NCBI RefSeq assembly: GCF_001194135.2
Contig: NC_068983.1
Location: 141,635,224-141,699,223, forward strand
Direction: 5' to 3'
Length of the DNA stretch: 64,000 bases
DNA from: Octopus bimaculoides
Lineage: Eukaryota
A program made the position numbers and the translations under genes. Under the pieces are notes generated by a model. The model searched no databases. It was not told the DNA's origin and saw only the letters and a list, made by a program, of their open reading frames with translations. How positions within the stretch are numbered: position 1 is the stretch's first letter; every line of letters begins with the position of its first letter. Shown here piece by piece: positions 24,906-37,676 of this stretch.

Positions 24906-26845
24906 AAACTGTACGAAGCCCATAGTGTGTGGATAGAGGGTGTCTGTTTATATTTTGCTCTTCTGTAAAAATTTGTGATTGGGATACTTGCTGACTTTTC
25001 CTCAAAATATTTTCTAGTGGCTCTGTGTTTTCAAAGGCAAATAGAATTAAAACCCCCATACTTGAAAAATAGATGAAGGTTAGCAAATGGAAAAGACATT
25101 CAACTGTAAAAACAATGTCTCAGTAATATGGCCCATACTAACATTGAAAAATGAATGTAAAATGAATGAAAAAACAATCAAACAAACTTACCCAACTACA
25201 TAAAGATCATTGAAGATTTAGCAGACTTATAAGAGAAATTGAACTCAGTACTGCAAGCTCAGTACTCTTGCGTTTTTTTACAGTATTAAACTATACACAT
25301 AACTATTTATGACAGTGGTTTATAGTTTAGTATGGAGTTGATAGATCTAATAGTGTGTGTCCAAAATACAATTAGAAAATTAATGCAGTGAAGAGATGAG
25401 GACATAAGCTCAGTAGCTATTAATTTTTTTCGTAAATATGTGAGACAACTCAAGTTATGTTTCAGTCGTTTTAGACCTCTTCAATAAAACATAGATTTTT
25501 TACCAAGCTTGCTAAATAAGAGAATAACGAAGTAAGGTTAAAGTTTTGTAAAATAAGTACTTAAAAAGTTGCTTTGGTTAATTATTGCTTCCATCCTCAT
25601 TGAAAATTAAGGCAAGTAGAGATGAAAATATTTAAAACAGAACATCAAAAATCTGCTAATATTTGTGGTTTTTTTTATAATATTTAATATGTGGTGAATA
25701 TACAGAAGAGAATTAGAATAGTTGGATTTAAATGTGTGGGTTGTTGGTATAAGTGTAACAGATATGATCGGAATCTTTTTTTTTTCTTTTTCATTTGAAT
25801 GACAATCCAACAAACTATTAATCTGGAGAGCTACATTTTTAGATGCTAACAATCACTAACATTGATATTCTTTTTAAACAATTAATTCCTCTTATATCAA
25901 CAAATAAGGCTTCAACATGTGACAAAGTCTAATTTTATAGGTTATTGTTCACATCTGGCCCATACATATCTTAACTACCACATTTTTAGATTCTTCTTAG
26001 AATGACATGTTTCTGTTTGCCATCTCTCAGCAAGTAATGTTATTATTTATATTATGAGCCGATGAAGAAGACTCTAAGCAGCTGATCAACCTCCTAGAAA
26101 TAAGAAACCAAATATCCCTCAAATCACACTTTACTGTCTTGAAAAGAACACATTAGATAATGTTATTCTTGATGCACTATCTGACTTGTTAGTTAATGCA
26201 TACAAGCACTCCCTTGGCCAATGAGAGATGTCAGTGTTATTTCTAGCATACTGAATAAACCAGTGTTGAGACTCTCTTGTTTGTTTAAGAGTCAGTTTTT
26301 AGTTGAGGAAATGACTAAGTTTTAATGATAAGATAAAAGTAAAAATATCACAAGCTTTGGAAAGAGTGTTCGGTGATTCAGACAAAATTGTTTCTCAAGC
26401 ACTTTTTTTTTTACTGATTTTTAATACCTATTGTTTTTATTTTACTTAGTATAAATTATCAACAGTTCTCTTTAAATTCGATAGACCTTTGTACAAAGTT
26501 AATTTCATTTCATCAGCAGATAGTGTACTTTGTTTATGACTTAGTTTTTAACTGCTGCTAATGCTGCTGCTGCTACTACCCTGCTATTGTCACAGGTATA
26601 GCTGTGCAATTAAAGTTTTGAGTTCAATCCCACTGGACTATATGTTTTCAGAGGACCTTGTCAATGAAATTTGTTGGCTTGAAACAGTATTGAAATCCAT
26701 CAGAGAAATCATTCCGGTTCTTGAGGAGTATACTTGTCTAACACCAACACCTAGTAACTTGGGGTGCCTTTTGCAGAGCTGAGTCTGCAAAAGCATTCAG
26801 GCTAGATCGTCTTAGAACCTCACACTAATCTCAGAAACTCTTAAT

Positions 26846-27125
26846 CAGGGGTTCTCAACCACATTTTATCTATGGACCCCTTTGGTTACTATTTTATTTT
26901 GGTGGACCCCATAGCCATTCGATGTTTAAAAACTTGTTTTACAGAAACTTCTTTCAAAATTCCTATTTTGTTTTTCACACATTAACTTGTGTAGGCTGAA
27001 GTATGTAAAATGTTAGAGAAAGAAGCTGAGCTATTTCTTGCAATATACACCAATACATTCATCTAAAGCAAAATTTTTCAAGGGCCCTTAAAATTCTATT
27101 GTGGATCTACAGTTTACAATTTTGC
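26846..27125. mobile_element. Degenerate hAT/Charlie-like MITE
   Basis: Begins CAGGGGTTCTCAACC...ATGGACCCC; right end is eroded and no clean TSD is visible. Confidence 0.45.
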
Positions 27126-28376
27126 CCCAGCATGACCACAGTCCAATGACTAAAGTGAATAAAAAACTATTATTACTATTACCCACCTCAGCCATTGCAT
27201 TCTGTGAACTAATACTCTGCTGGAGTAATGATGCTATGCCTGAATGACATGCAGGTTTCACTTTCCCAGTCTAGTAATTAGTATCAAGGGAAGGTATCAA
27301 GCAGTACAAAAAAACAGCTCTAGAAATATTCAAATGTTCAAAACAAGAAAAATGCAACCCACCATCATAGTTTAAAATTTTGATGTAAAATAGCAATGTA
27401 GAATGTCCTTACTTTGCATAACAACATAACCAATCCTGTTTATTTCATATTATCATTATCTTTGAAGTATCCTGCTGGAAATTTTAAACTACTCCTCTTC
27501 CTCATAGTAAAATAATTCATTCCACTTTCCACACTTTTAAAATTTATTATTTGCCATTACTGACCACTTCTAATTTTCCTGGATTTTCTATTTCATCAGT
27601 TTATAAATGTAAATTTTTTTCCCTTTGAAAATTTGATATTCTTACTAATTGTAAATCAAATTCTACTTTATAAAAATTCAAATACCATATATATCCATAT
27701 TAAACATTTGTTTTAAAAAAAGAAGGAAGGTCTTTGACCAAAAGTAATAGCTGTGAAGAGTGACTGGTACAAGAACACAAATTAGAAAATTTGAATGATT
27801 TAATTTTAAAAGTAATGCAAAAGAATTTCTGTTAGTAAAGATTGTTTTCCTAGATTTCATCATCATTGTTTAAAGTCTACTTTTCTATACTTGCATGGGT
27901 CAGACAGAAATTGTTGAGGTGGATGTTTTACAGCCAGATTCCCATCCCGTCATCAACTCTCACCTGTGTCCAAGGAAGATAATATTCCCAATGACCAGAC
28001 GTGTTTTTATGGAAGATTGGAAACAAAGGACACTGCCTGCCTGATAGTGACACTTATTTACGATTATCACATGAAACCAAAGGGAGGGGATAGGCACACA
28101 CACACACACACATACAGACGTACATATACACACAGACATGTGTGTGTGACAGCATCTTTCAATTTCTGTCTACCAATTTCTGTTACTATACAATTTATGT
28201 TTCCATTATTAAAATCATAAAATATGATTCAAAGGAGATTTGATTAAATATTCACTAGTTGAGTGATCATGGAGAAGGATCCACCATTGACTTGAAGTTT
28301 CCTACTTGAATTTTGAAAGTGATAATCTTGTTTTATTGTTACATATTGCCATATCTGCCATTGTCTTTTCTTTCAG

Positions 28377-28575
28377 TTTTCACATCAACTTCACCACTGA
28401 CTATGACGGCAGTAGCATTGCTTTCCATTTCAACCCTCGAATTGGGGATGCCACTGTTGTTTGTAACTCATATGATGAAGGATGGGGTGATGAAGTGAGG
28501 GAAACTGAGAATTTTCCTTTCTTTGAAAGACAACGTTTCACTCTATGCATTGTTGCTGATGAAGATGCCTTTAAA
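28377..28575 (+). CDS. Galectin CRD1 exon b (sugar-binding exon)
   Basis: FHINFTTDYDGSSIAFHFNPRIGDATVVCNSYDEGWGDEVRETENFPFFERQRFTLCIVADEDAFK; full H-N-R / N / W-E-R galectin motif; TTTCAG| and AAA|GTAAGC; 199 nt, phase 2 to 0. Confidence 0.95.
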
Positions 28576-29896
28576 GTAAGCACTAATAAACTTGATTACT
28601 TATTTCATTCATTGTTGTAGAAGATATTCAGTCAGCTTTTCTATGATTTCAATCAATGATTAGGTCTTAGTGAGCAAACAAGAGAATCCCTACATGGTGG
28701 CTTAACCTGCTAGAAATAGCAAATAAATTATTTCATGCCATGCCCAACTTAAAGCAAGGAAAACATGTTAGACAATGCAAAATCAGATACACATGAAAAT
28801 TAGATATCATGACTGAATGCCTCTGATCATAGACCAGCTTAATTCAGGCTGAGCTGGGATTAAGTAACAAGAACTGGACCATGTCTTAACTCTAGTTTCT
28901 GTTGTCTTAAGTGAAAGCGAGCCACATATTCCTCTGTTTATGCCACCAATCTATTACAGGAAACTTGTGGGAGCATCTGAAGTCAACACTGTAAACCTAA
29001 CAAACTTTTTGAAGCCTGGTAGACTTATGATTGTGAGATGAGTGTCTTGGCCACTGGCCTCTTTACTGATTGTCTGGCATCTCATTAACTAATCCATACA
29101 CATTGTCTGAACTAAATACCTAAACATTAAATGCTTGTCATTTGGTCAACAAGTCATAATCAATGAAGTGGAATTCCTCAATGGTTGATTGGTTCTATTT
29201 ATTAGACATCTGCCATCATTGCCCTTACTGTTGAGTCACTTCTTTCACCCTCTCACCTTAGTTTGCTTTCTATTATTATTCTTTCTTTTATTCACCCTTT
29301 TAGATATGCTGCTTTGAATTCATAGAGATAATGTAGAATAGTTAATACCTTTTAGTCTTGCATGATACAAGGCATCAAAACTTGTGCTAGCGTCACAATA
29401 AAATGCCTCCAGTACCCTCTGTAAACTGAATGTCAAATGAGTCAAGACTATTTTGTTGAGAAGACTTTTCAGTCCTGCTAAGGACATGAAACTCTTCTAG
29501 TTGTGGTAGAACTATAAAATTCTCCCACTATACTCTATAAAATAGTTGGTATTAGAAAGGACATTAAGCCATAGAAACCATTTGAAAAATGGAATATGTG
29601 GGTACAGTATGGTCCTCTAACTTATTTAGGAGGACAGTACCTCCAAATTAAAACTGATTCAGACTGTAATAGTCTGTCCAAACCATGCCAGCATGAAAAA
29701 CAGGTATGTGATAAGGATTTTGACAGTGGTGATACACAAGGTAACTTATACTGGTAAAGAGAAAGAGTTGATTATATAAACCTTACTATTTGACTGATAC
29801 CTATTTTATCAATCCCCAGTAGGATGAAAGATCAATTATCTGAATTACTGCATACCTCTACTTGAAATTGTTGTCTTGTGATTGTAAAATTTCCAG

Positions 29897-30016
29897 GTCT
29901 ATGTCAATGGCACTCATTTCCTGAACTTCTACCATCGAATGTCATATGAAAATGTCAACTACTTGGCCATTGGTGACGGTGTGGAACTATATGAAATGAT
30001 CATGAGGGATTCCTTG
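29897..30016 (+). CDS. Galectin CRD1 exon c
   Basis: VYVNGTHFLNFYHRMSYENVNYLAIGDGVELYEMIMRDSL; TTCCAG| and TTG|GTATGT; 120 nt, phase 0 to 0. Confidence 0.93.
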
Positions 30017-31337
30017 GTATGTATATACTTTTTATAGACTTATTTGCTGTATATACATCTGTTTTCAGCTCTCTTGGTATGTACACATTTTGTAACAATA
30101 CTTTGTACACAAAATTCTCTTAGACTCTGGTTTTCAAATTGCAAGTTTCAAAGTATACAAACCTAAATACATGTCAGTGAATATCTATTTAAGTGTGCAT
30201 ACACAGGCATGTTTCTGCATCATATGTGCACATGCTTGTATGTGCATATGTTGTAAATATATCTGTGTATATGCATATGNNNNNNNNNNNNNNNNNNNNN
30301 NNNNNNNNNNNNNNNNNNNNNNNNNNNNNNNNNNNNNNNNNNNNNNNCATATGTTAATGTATGGCACCAGATAAGTGAAAGTAAGGTAAAAAAAATATAT
30401 AAACATCCAGTCCATTGTGACATTTTGGTGGTAGAAACATTAGTTGGTGATTATGTCTGCTATACAAACTTCTTGTCCTTGACTCCTAAAAGAATGGAAC
30501 TGAATCAGCCAATATACACATGTTTGTTACACAATGTCACTGACTCCTGTTTAGGTTCTATCTTGCCTTTGCAATTATTTACAGATAAGTGGAGTGAGTC
30601 AAACTACGCTAGTTTTTGTTGAAATTATGACAGATATAATTAATACTTCAAGAATTCAAACTCAGAATGTTGAGAAACAAAACTTAATACAGTGAGTTTA
30701 ATCAGTATTAACATACTTAATGTTGTCAGTGTCAGAAGTATAATTAGAGATGGTTATGTGGTGAAGAAAAGACAACAGTACTTCAGTACCTAATATTATT
30801 TTAATCATTTCAACAAGTAAGGAAGACCTCTTCAGACATTGCTTAGTCCTATTAGACTTCCTTGGTGAAGCATAGACCACATCATAGCCATCAAAGAATC
30901 ACTAAGTAGATCTAATAAATTGTACGTGAATAGGTATTAGAAGTTAAACTATTTTTAAAGCCAAATCTCCAAGAATGTTACTCAGGCACCATCATAAATG
31001 GCTCATTAGTTACTCAGACACCTTCTGCATGATAAAACAATAATTAATAATTAATCGTAGAAGTTTTATTACGAAAAATTTGGAAATTTTGAAACCTTAT
31101 TCAGGTACCATATTGAACATCTTCTAAATGATTTTCTTGTAACTATTTTGGTAAGTATGAAGTTTCAAGCATAGCTGGCAAAAGCTAGTGTAATTGGAAC
31201 ATGAAGAGTTGTTCCCCATATTTATTAAAATGTTTGAGATAATGTGAATCATTGTGCTTATTTCTAATCAAATTTTTGGTGCACCCTTCATTAAACATGT
31301 TAACACTAATTTAATTTTGTTTTATTTTCTTATACAG

Positions 31338-31367
31338 AGGGTATCTCTTGGTGATGAATATGAGTGA
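31338..31367 (+). CDS. Candidate alternative terminal exon after CRD1 (RVSLGDEYE-stop)
   Basis: Long polypyrimidine acceptor TTTTGTTTTATTTTCTTATACAG|, in frame with exon 29897-30016, TGA at 31365-31367, AATAAA at 31729-31734. Confidence 0.45.
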   Translation, partial: RVSLGDEYE

Positions 31368-31775
31368 TTTATGTTTTATAGAATGTAAAGTATTCAGTCA
31401 AGCACTCAACTGTTTCTATCCCTCCACCCACTAGCGTAGCTAGAGTGTGTACCGCCTGGGATGGACCACCCCACCCCCCACTCTCCAGCTACGCTAGTGC
31501 CTCTGCCTGTCTAACTCTGGAAATAAGAGTTCACAAGCTGAGTCTACATGCCACTCAGCTCAGTTAATTTCATTTATGCTAAAATTAACTGATTTTACCT
31601 TTCATAAATTAACTAATTTTACCTTTCATAAACTATGAAATTCAGATAATCTTAATTGCCTTCTCTTAATTGCCTTCTCTTAATTGCCTTCTCTTAGTAT
31701 ATATGTTTGACAGTTTACATATGTGATTAATAAATTCTTTGAGTATAAGTCATTATTTTTGTTTCCTCTTCACAG

Positions 31776-31864
31776 AGAATCCCATACATTGGTGAAATAG
31801 CTGATCGTATGTCTATAGGTAAAGCTATAGAAATCAAAGGGGTACCAACATTTGATCATGACAG
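31776..31864 (+). CDS. Galectin CRD2 exon a
   Basis: RIPYIGEIADRMSIGKAIEIKGVPTFDHD-R; TCTTCACAG| and CAG|GTAAGC; 89 nt, phase 0 to 2. Confidence 0.92.
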
Positions 31865-32050
31865 GTAAGCATAAAGTAGCATTTAGAAACGTTAAAGCTC
31901 TTTTCATTAGAAAACACTCAAGAAAGTTGTGTAGGTTGTATTTCTTGAAATGCCATCCAATTGCAAAATGATACAATACACTTCTTGGCAGTCTGAACTG
32001 GGAAAATAATTTCTTGATTAGAAACAATGGTCTAAATTACTTTCAAATAT

Positions 32051-32212
32051 GAGGTATTGAGCTGACAGAATCATTAGCATGCCAGTTCAAATCCTGCGGG
32101 GATCAACATTACCGTTCGTCCTTTCGGGATTGATAAAATATGTACTAGTTGACCACTGAAGTCGATGTAATTGACTATCCCACACCCCCACTGCCTCAAA
32201 ATTGCTGGCCCT
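32051..32212 (+). mobile_element. SINE family A, diverged
   Basis: GAGCTGACAGAATCATTAGCATGCC...CCTTTCGGGATTGATAAAATATGTACTAG. Confidence 0.7.
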
Positions 32213-33239
32213 ATGGTAATTTCTGTTGACAAAGATACTCAAACGTTTTTCATAATGTTTGTTGATTTGTTTCTATTTATTTATTTGATATTTTAACAGA
32301 TGACATTTTAGGCTTTTTTTTTCTTTTCTTTTTTTTCTTTTTTTGCATCATTTATGTAAAATTGAAGGTTCCAGCTGGCTGGCCATGTGCTGAATTGTTC
32401 AATGAAAAGTCAACAGTTTGTATACTTTTCAAAACCACAGTTTTCAGATAACTAAAGTACCAAAGAAAACCAATTTAACTTTTAATGGCTATGCTTAGTT
32501 TACTATAAATAAATAATTAACGATTTAGGTCCACCTTTATATTCAGTACAGTAGGGGATGAATATAATGCAGTAGAGATGGAATACAAGACACTATACCA
32601 AATTATTTTAAATCATTTTTAAGACCATTATATCAGATAATTAGTCATAATTTTTAATATCACATTTTTAACTTGTGTTTTATGGAATTAGCCTGTAACT
32701 CTTTAACATTCAGATTATTCTGTTAAATGAAATGCTTATATGTTTATTTAATCACATTGCTTTGAATTAATAGTGAATTATCCCATAGTTTTGAGATTTT
32801 AATGATATGATTGTTTAATTTTACAATGACAATGTAGGGTAAATGTAAGAAGCTGGATCTGACCAATCTGAACAAAAAAAAAGCATAGAATATTTGGGCC
32901 TGATATGGCTGATATGAAGGCTAAAAAATCTAATTTATAACTAGAAATAGTTGACTTAATGGTTTCCATGAAAAAAAATATAGAACAAAGCTAAGAGTGA
33001 AGAATCCTCTACAAGCTGGCAGAACAAAATAGTTGCAGCATTGTTGAAGTGGTTAATGCTGCACTGGCTCGGTGTAGAGACTGCATAATAATAAGGCAAA
33101 TAGTACAGGCCAAAAAAGAATAGAAACTGAGCATTCCCTGCTAGCTTCAATGTTATTCAGTGCCAAAAAATGCCGAAACTGTTGATCTCCAGACTTCTGG
33201 CACTCCATCAGTAATAACAATGTAGGTTTCAGTTGATCC

Positions 33240-33510
33240 AGTCAACAGATCACCCTTCTCATGAAATTGACTTGCAAGTGGCTGGGCACACCACAGACAC
33301 ACATGCCCTTAGTACAGTTCTCAGGGAGATTCAGCATGACACAGAATGTGATAAGGCTGGCCCTTTGAATTACAGGTACTACTCATTTTTGCCAGCTGAG
33401 TGGACAGGAGCAATGTGAAATAAAGTGTCTTGCTCCAGGAAACAACATGCTGTGAGGAATTGAACTCGTGACCTTCTGATCTTGAGTTGATTACCCTAAC
33501 CACTAAGCCA
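33240..33510 (-). mobile_element. tRNA-derived SINE sharing the family D 3' part but with a different central domain
   Basis: GCAAGTGGCTG.GCAC.CCACAGACAC...CCCTTTGAATTACAGG is shared with family D; ends in a tRNA-like head ...CCCTAACCACTAAGCCAC. Confidence 0.65.
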
Positions 33511-34336
33511 CATACCATATACATAAACACATGCTCATACACTATGTGTATGTGGATAATATATTGCTGAACTACCCTATCTCAGCCCATATCTCTGCTT
33601 GTTCCAGTTTATCCCCACCTTTACAATCTGCATACAGAGAAACAATTGTCCTTATAGGGTTAAAAAATATAAATTAGCTAGAGCAAGGAGACAGAGAAAG
33701 AGACAATCAAAATGGACCAGAGATGAATAACTTTCTTTCATGTTTTTACATGTCAGTTGGTTTGAACAACTAGTCCCTTCTTCTCAGATCAATAGCCTTG
33801 TGCCTAAAAAAAGCTATTATTACTGTTGCTATTTTATTTTTTATATTGTTATCGTTATCATTATTTTCATTAGCATCTTCTTTCAATTCTGTTTCCATTT
33901 CTTAACCGAGTGTCTTCCTTACGCTCTAGGGTAGAGAAACGTACTGTGTAGATTAGTAAGCTATTAAAACAAATACACCAGATTGTTCATTTACAGAATC
34001 ATGTGATAGGGAAAAGAGGAAGACAGCGAGAAAAAGGAAAAATAGAAAATAGAAAAGTATCATTATTATTATTATTATTATTATTAATAGAAATGATAGT
34101 GACAGACTGACTACTTCTTTGTCTTTAATTGCATCTCTTATTCTGCCAAAGGCAGAATTTGCTGTTCCCTCTTCCAGGATTTTAATAAAAGCAGTACCAG
34201 TAATATCAATTCAGTCATATGTAACCCTGTTTCAGATGTTATGATCTTATGCCAATGTGGAAAATCACTACAGTGGTTGTCAATATCATTATTATTTGCC
34301 TGTTTATTTATTTTTGTGTAAATTCTTTGTTTTTAG

Positions 34337-34354
34337 TGGCACCGATGCTGTAAG
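34337..34354 (+). CDS. 18-nt symmetric microexon in CRD2 (adds SGTDAV)
   Basis: TTCTTTGTTTTTAG|TGGCACCGATGCTGTAAG|GTAAGA; phase 2 to 2, frame-preserving between exons 31776-31864 and 37484-37676, no stop codon. Confidence 0.7.
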
Positions 34355-34807
34355 GTAAGATATTTGTGTCTCAGCTTCCAAGTATAAGTCTTCACTTGCT
34401 GGAATGGTACAGTCAGAAGCATGCAAATATTAATAGCCAGTTATATTTGCAGGACACTGGATGCTGACAATTTCATCTTTCTCATTCATTATCTTCAAAT
34501 ATATCTTTGTCTTCTTGCACATATTTTCACTGCTTAAGCTAATCTCACGCAACATAGTAAGACAAACCGAAATAATTTATTTTTGTAGCATGAATAAGAT
34601 TGTCTTTAGAGGAAAAGGTTGGGCGGGGCCGCAATGTTACCAAAGCCATTTTTTTTTGTTTTTTTTTACACAGTTGAAAAATAAAACTAATGTTCCTGAC
34701 CTGCTTTGAGTTCTTGACTTATTGCACTTATGAAAAGTATGAACATCGCAACATTCAGTTTACACCATCTTATAAAATTGCTCTGCAATTAGAAAAGACA
34801 GAACACA

Positions 34808-34969
34808 AGGCATGGCTGTGTGGTAAGAAACTTGCTTCCCAACCACATGGTTCTGGATTCAGTCCCACTGCGTGGCACCTTGGGCAAGTGTCTCCTACTA
34901 TAGCCTCAGACTGACCAATGCCTTGTGAGTGGATTTGTTAGATGGAAACTAAAAAACAAGCCCGTCATG

Positions 34970-35001
<32 letters not shown>

Positions 35002-35212
35002 TGTATGTGTCTGTGCTTGTCCCCCACTATCACTTGACAACTGATGTTAGTGTGTTTATGTCTCCATAACCTAGAGGTTCGACAAAAGAGACTGATAGAA
35101 TAAGTACTAGACTTACAGAGAATAAGTCCTGGGATCGATTTGTTTGACTAAAGGCAGTGCTCCAGCATGGCCACAGTCAGATGACTGAAACAAGTAAAAG
35201 AATAAAAGAATA
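34808..35212 (+). mobile_element. SINE family B (full length, internal (ATGT)n)
   Basis: GGCATGGCTGTGTGGTAAGAAACTTGCTTCCCAACCACATGG...CCTTGGGCAAGTG...TGCTCCAGCATGGCC...AAGTAAAAGAATAAAAGAATA. Confidence 0.8.
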
Positions 35213-35992
35213 TTAGCTTGATCCTTTATTTTGATCAGAAAAGAAAGTTAGGGGCAGGGCAAAATTTTTATTAAGACTTAACATGGATTTGCAGAGGAGA
35301 GTGGATCTGATTTTTGGCAAGAACAGAGACAAGAATTAATCACTAAGCCAATATAATTCCTTTTCTCTTCACTGCTGATGTAATTTTAATTAAAAATTTT
35401 TGAGCTGTTTATGTTAGCCTGTACTTAACTATTTGTTTTCTGCTCAGAAGTCATACTGGGTAAATTTCTCAGTCATTCATCCTATCAGTGAAAACAAATT
35501 TTGTTAAAACTTGCACATGCTGTCTAAAAACACTTAAACATAAAATTAAACTGCAAAATATGCATCTAGTAGTGCTTCTGTACAAATGAATGCATATGTA
35601 TATATATATATATTACAATGGCTGCTGCATGTGTAGATAGAATGCAAGATTAAATGCAAGGTTGAACATATTATTGTCAGTATATCCATATTTGATTGCT
35701 TTATGATGTTTTTTTCCTTGTATCTTTTTATTATTTCTAAAGTGAATGCCTCTAATAATAGTATATATATCTATATATATCTGGCAATCTGTGGGATGGG
35801 GGTTTTGGATATAAATTCTTTGTTAACTATGCCTTGATCATTTTTGTTGCTGTATAGCTCCAGATCAGTCTTAAATGAGATCTATGATCTAAAGCATTGA
35901 TGTCATGAGTATTTCATTTTATTTTTATTTTTTTAAATGGTGATAAAATAGGGCACCCTTGCCTACACATTATTTAATGTGCCCAAGACAAT

Positions 35993-36200
35993 GAGCTGGC
36001 AGAATCATTAGCACACTGGGCGAAATTCTTAGCAGTATTTCGTCTATCTTTATGTTCTCAGTTCAAATTCCACTGAGGTCAACTTTGCCTTTCATCCTTT
36101 CGGGGTCAATAAATTAAGTACCAGTTGTGTACTGGCATCGATCTAATCGACTGCCCACCACCTTCCAAAAATTTTGGGCCTAGTGCTTAGAGTAGAAAAG
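35993..36200 (+). mobile_element. SINE family A (full length)
   Basis: GAGCTGGCAGAATCATTAGCAC...GCCTTTCATCCTTTCGGGGTCAATAAATTAAGTACCAG. Confidence 0.82.
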
Positions 36201-37254
36201 ATTATTTTATGTGCCTTTTTAGTATGGCTTGAGGGTGATTTAGTTGCTATTTCTTGAAGGTTCAACAACTAAATACTCTCCCTTCATTGGTAATTTTTGT
36301 TGTTTTATACGCATGGCTATTTGGTCATTCTTTCAGGGAAAGTACAAGAAATTAAAACAAAGAAAAAAACAATTTGGTTTCATTAAAAATAAACATTTCT
36401 CTTTTTTCTCTTTTTTAGGACCCTATTTATTAATTAATTTATGTATTTATGTATCTATTTTTTTTCCATAAAATTCTTTATCTCCCCTCTGCAAGGGAAG
36501 TTAAGCACTTGACAATTTCTATATTGCTGCACCATAAAAGCATAATTACCTGATTTAGATGTCAGAATATACACTTCTGAACCTATACGAGCAAACCTGC
36601 ATTCACAATTGTAAACTTGCACATGCAAACATGCACTCACTTGCAAGCATACACTTTTATATGCAAACTAGCACTTGCCTACCATGATCATGAACTGAAT
36701 ACTTTAACCACTTTTCATTCCTTATTGAATACCAGTCATTGACTTTTCTCCACTATGCTTCACTCTGGGCTGTCTTTTCCTCTTACAAGTCTTGTTGGTT
36801 TTGAATTGTCATGGAATCTTCTGTAACTTTGCTGTTTTTTCTAGGTATGACAATGGCCCATTTTTATCTCTGAGAAGTGGTCCATATTAGTCTAGCTATT
36901 ATCTTTTGACTTGCCCAGTAACAGAGGTTTTACTAGGAGCTTGCACTCAATGGCTTAACTCTTAGGGTCATTGAGACACACAAGCCACTACAGTGCAAGA
37001 AGAACTGGACGTTGTAGTGGTGAGAGAGCATGAGACAAAATGCCTCATGGTATTGAGTTTTTACCTTCTAAGTTAAAATCCTGCTGAGATAAACTTTGCC
37101 TTTTATCCTTCCAAGGGTTCAATAAAATAAAGTATAAGCCAACTATTGGAATCAATATAATTGACAATATTCTAATTCAATGTAGAATTTTCAAAAAAAA
37201 AAATTGATGATAAATAGTCTGTTCTTTCTACAATATGCATGTGTGTACAAAATT

Positions 37255-37361
37255 TGGTTGTTCTTTCTAGTAGGATGACCAATTGGACAAGGACCCTCTC
37301 CCATTGTTGCTATTGTTTAGCATTGTTTTATATAAACCACAAGAAATTTTATAAAAGTTAA
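37255..37361 (+). repeat. 107-bp direct repeat, copy 1
   Basis: Near-identical to 38792-38898 (about 2 substitutions). Confidence 0.9.
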
Positions 37362-37483
37362 CAAGTTATAAAGGTGTGTATCTGTGTATATACATATGTA
37401 TGTAGTATGTGTGAATCATTTATGATAAACTAATTTTTGCTTTCTATTTTCTATCTTTTTGACAATGCATTTCAAACTGCCAG

Positions 37484-37676
37484 ATTTAGCATCAACATCT
37501 GTAGTGACCCTAATGGAACAACAGGTCTTCATCTAAACCCACGTCCTGATCAGAATTCTGTTGTTTTGAACCATTATGATGGCGATTGGGGTGAAGAAGA
37601 GGTGATTTCTGACAACCCATTCCACCCATGGTCTATGTTCAAGCTTATGATTGTTGCCAGCTATGATGGCTACCAA
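37484..37676 (+). CDS. Galectin CRD2 exon b (sugar-binding exon)
   Basis: FSINICSDPNGTTGLHLNPRPDQNSVVLNHYDGDWGEEEVISDNPFHPWSMFKLMIVASYDGYQ; TGCCAG| and CAA|GTAATA; 193 nt. Confidence 0.95.
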
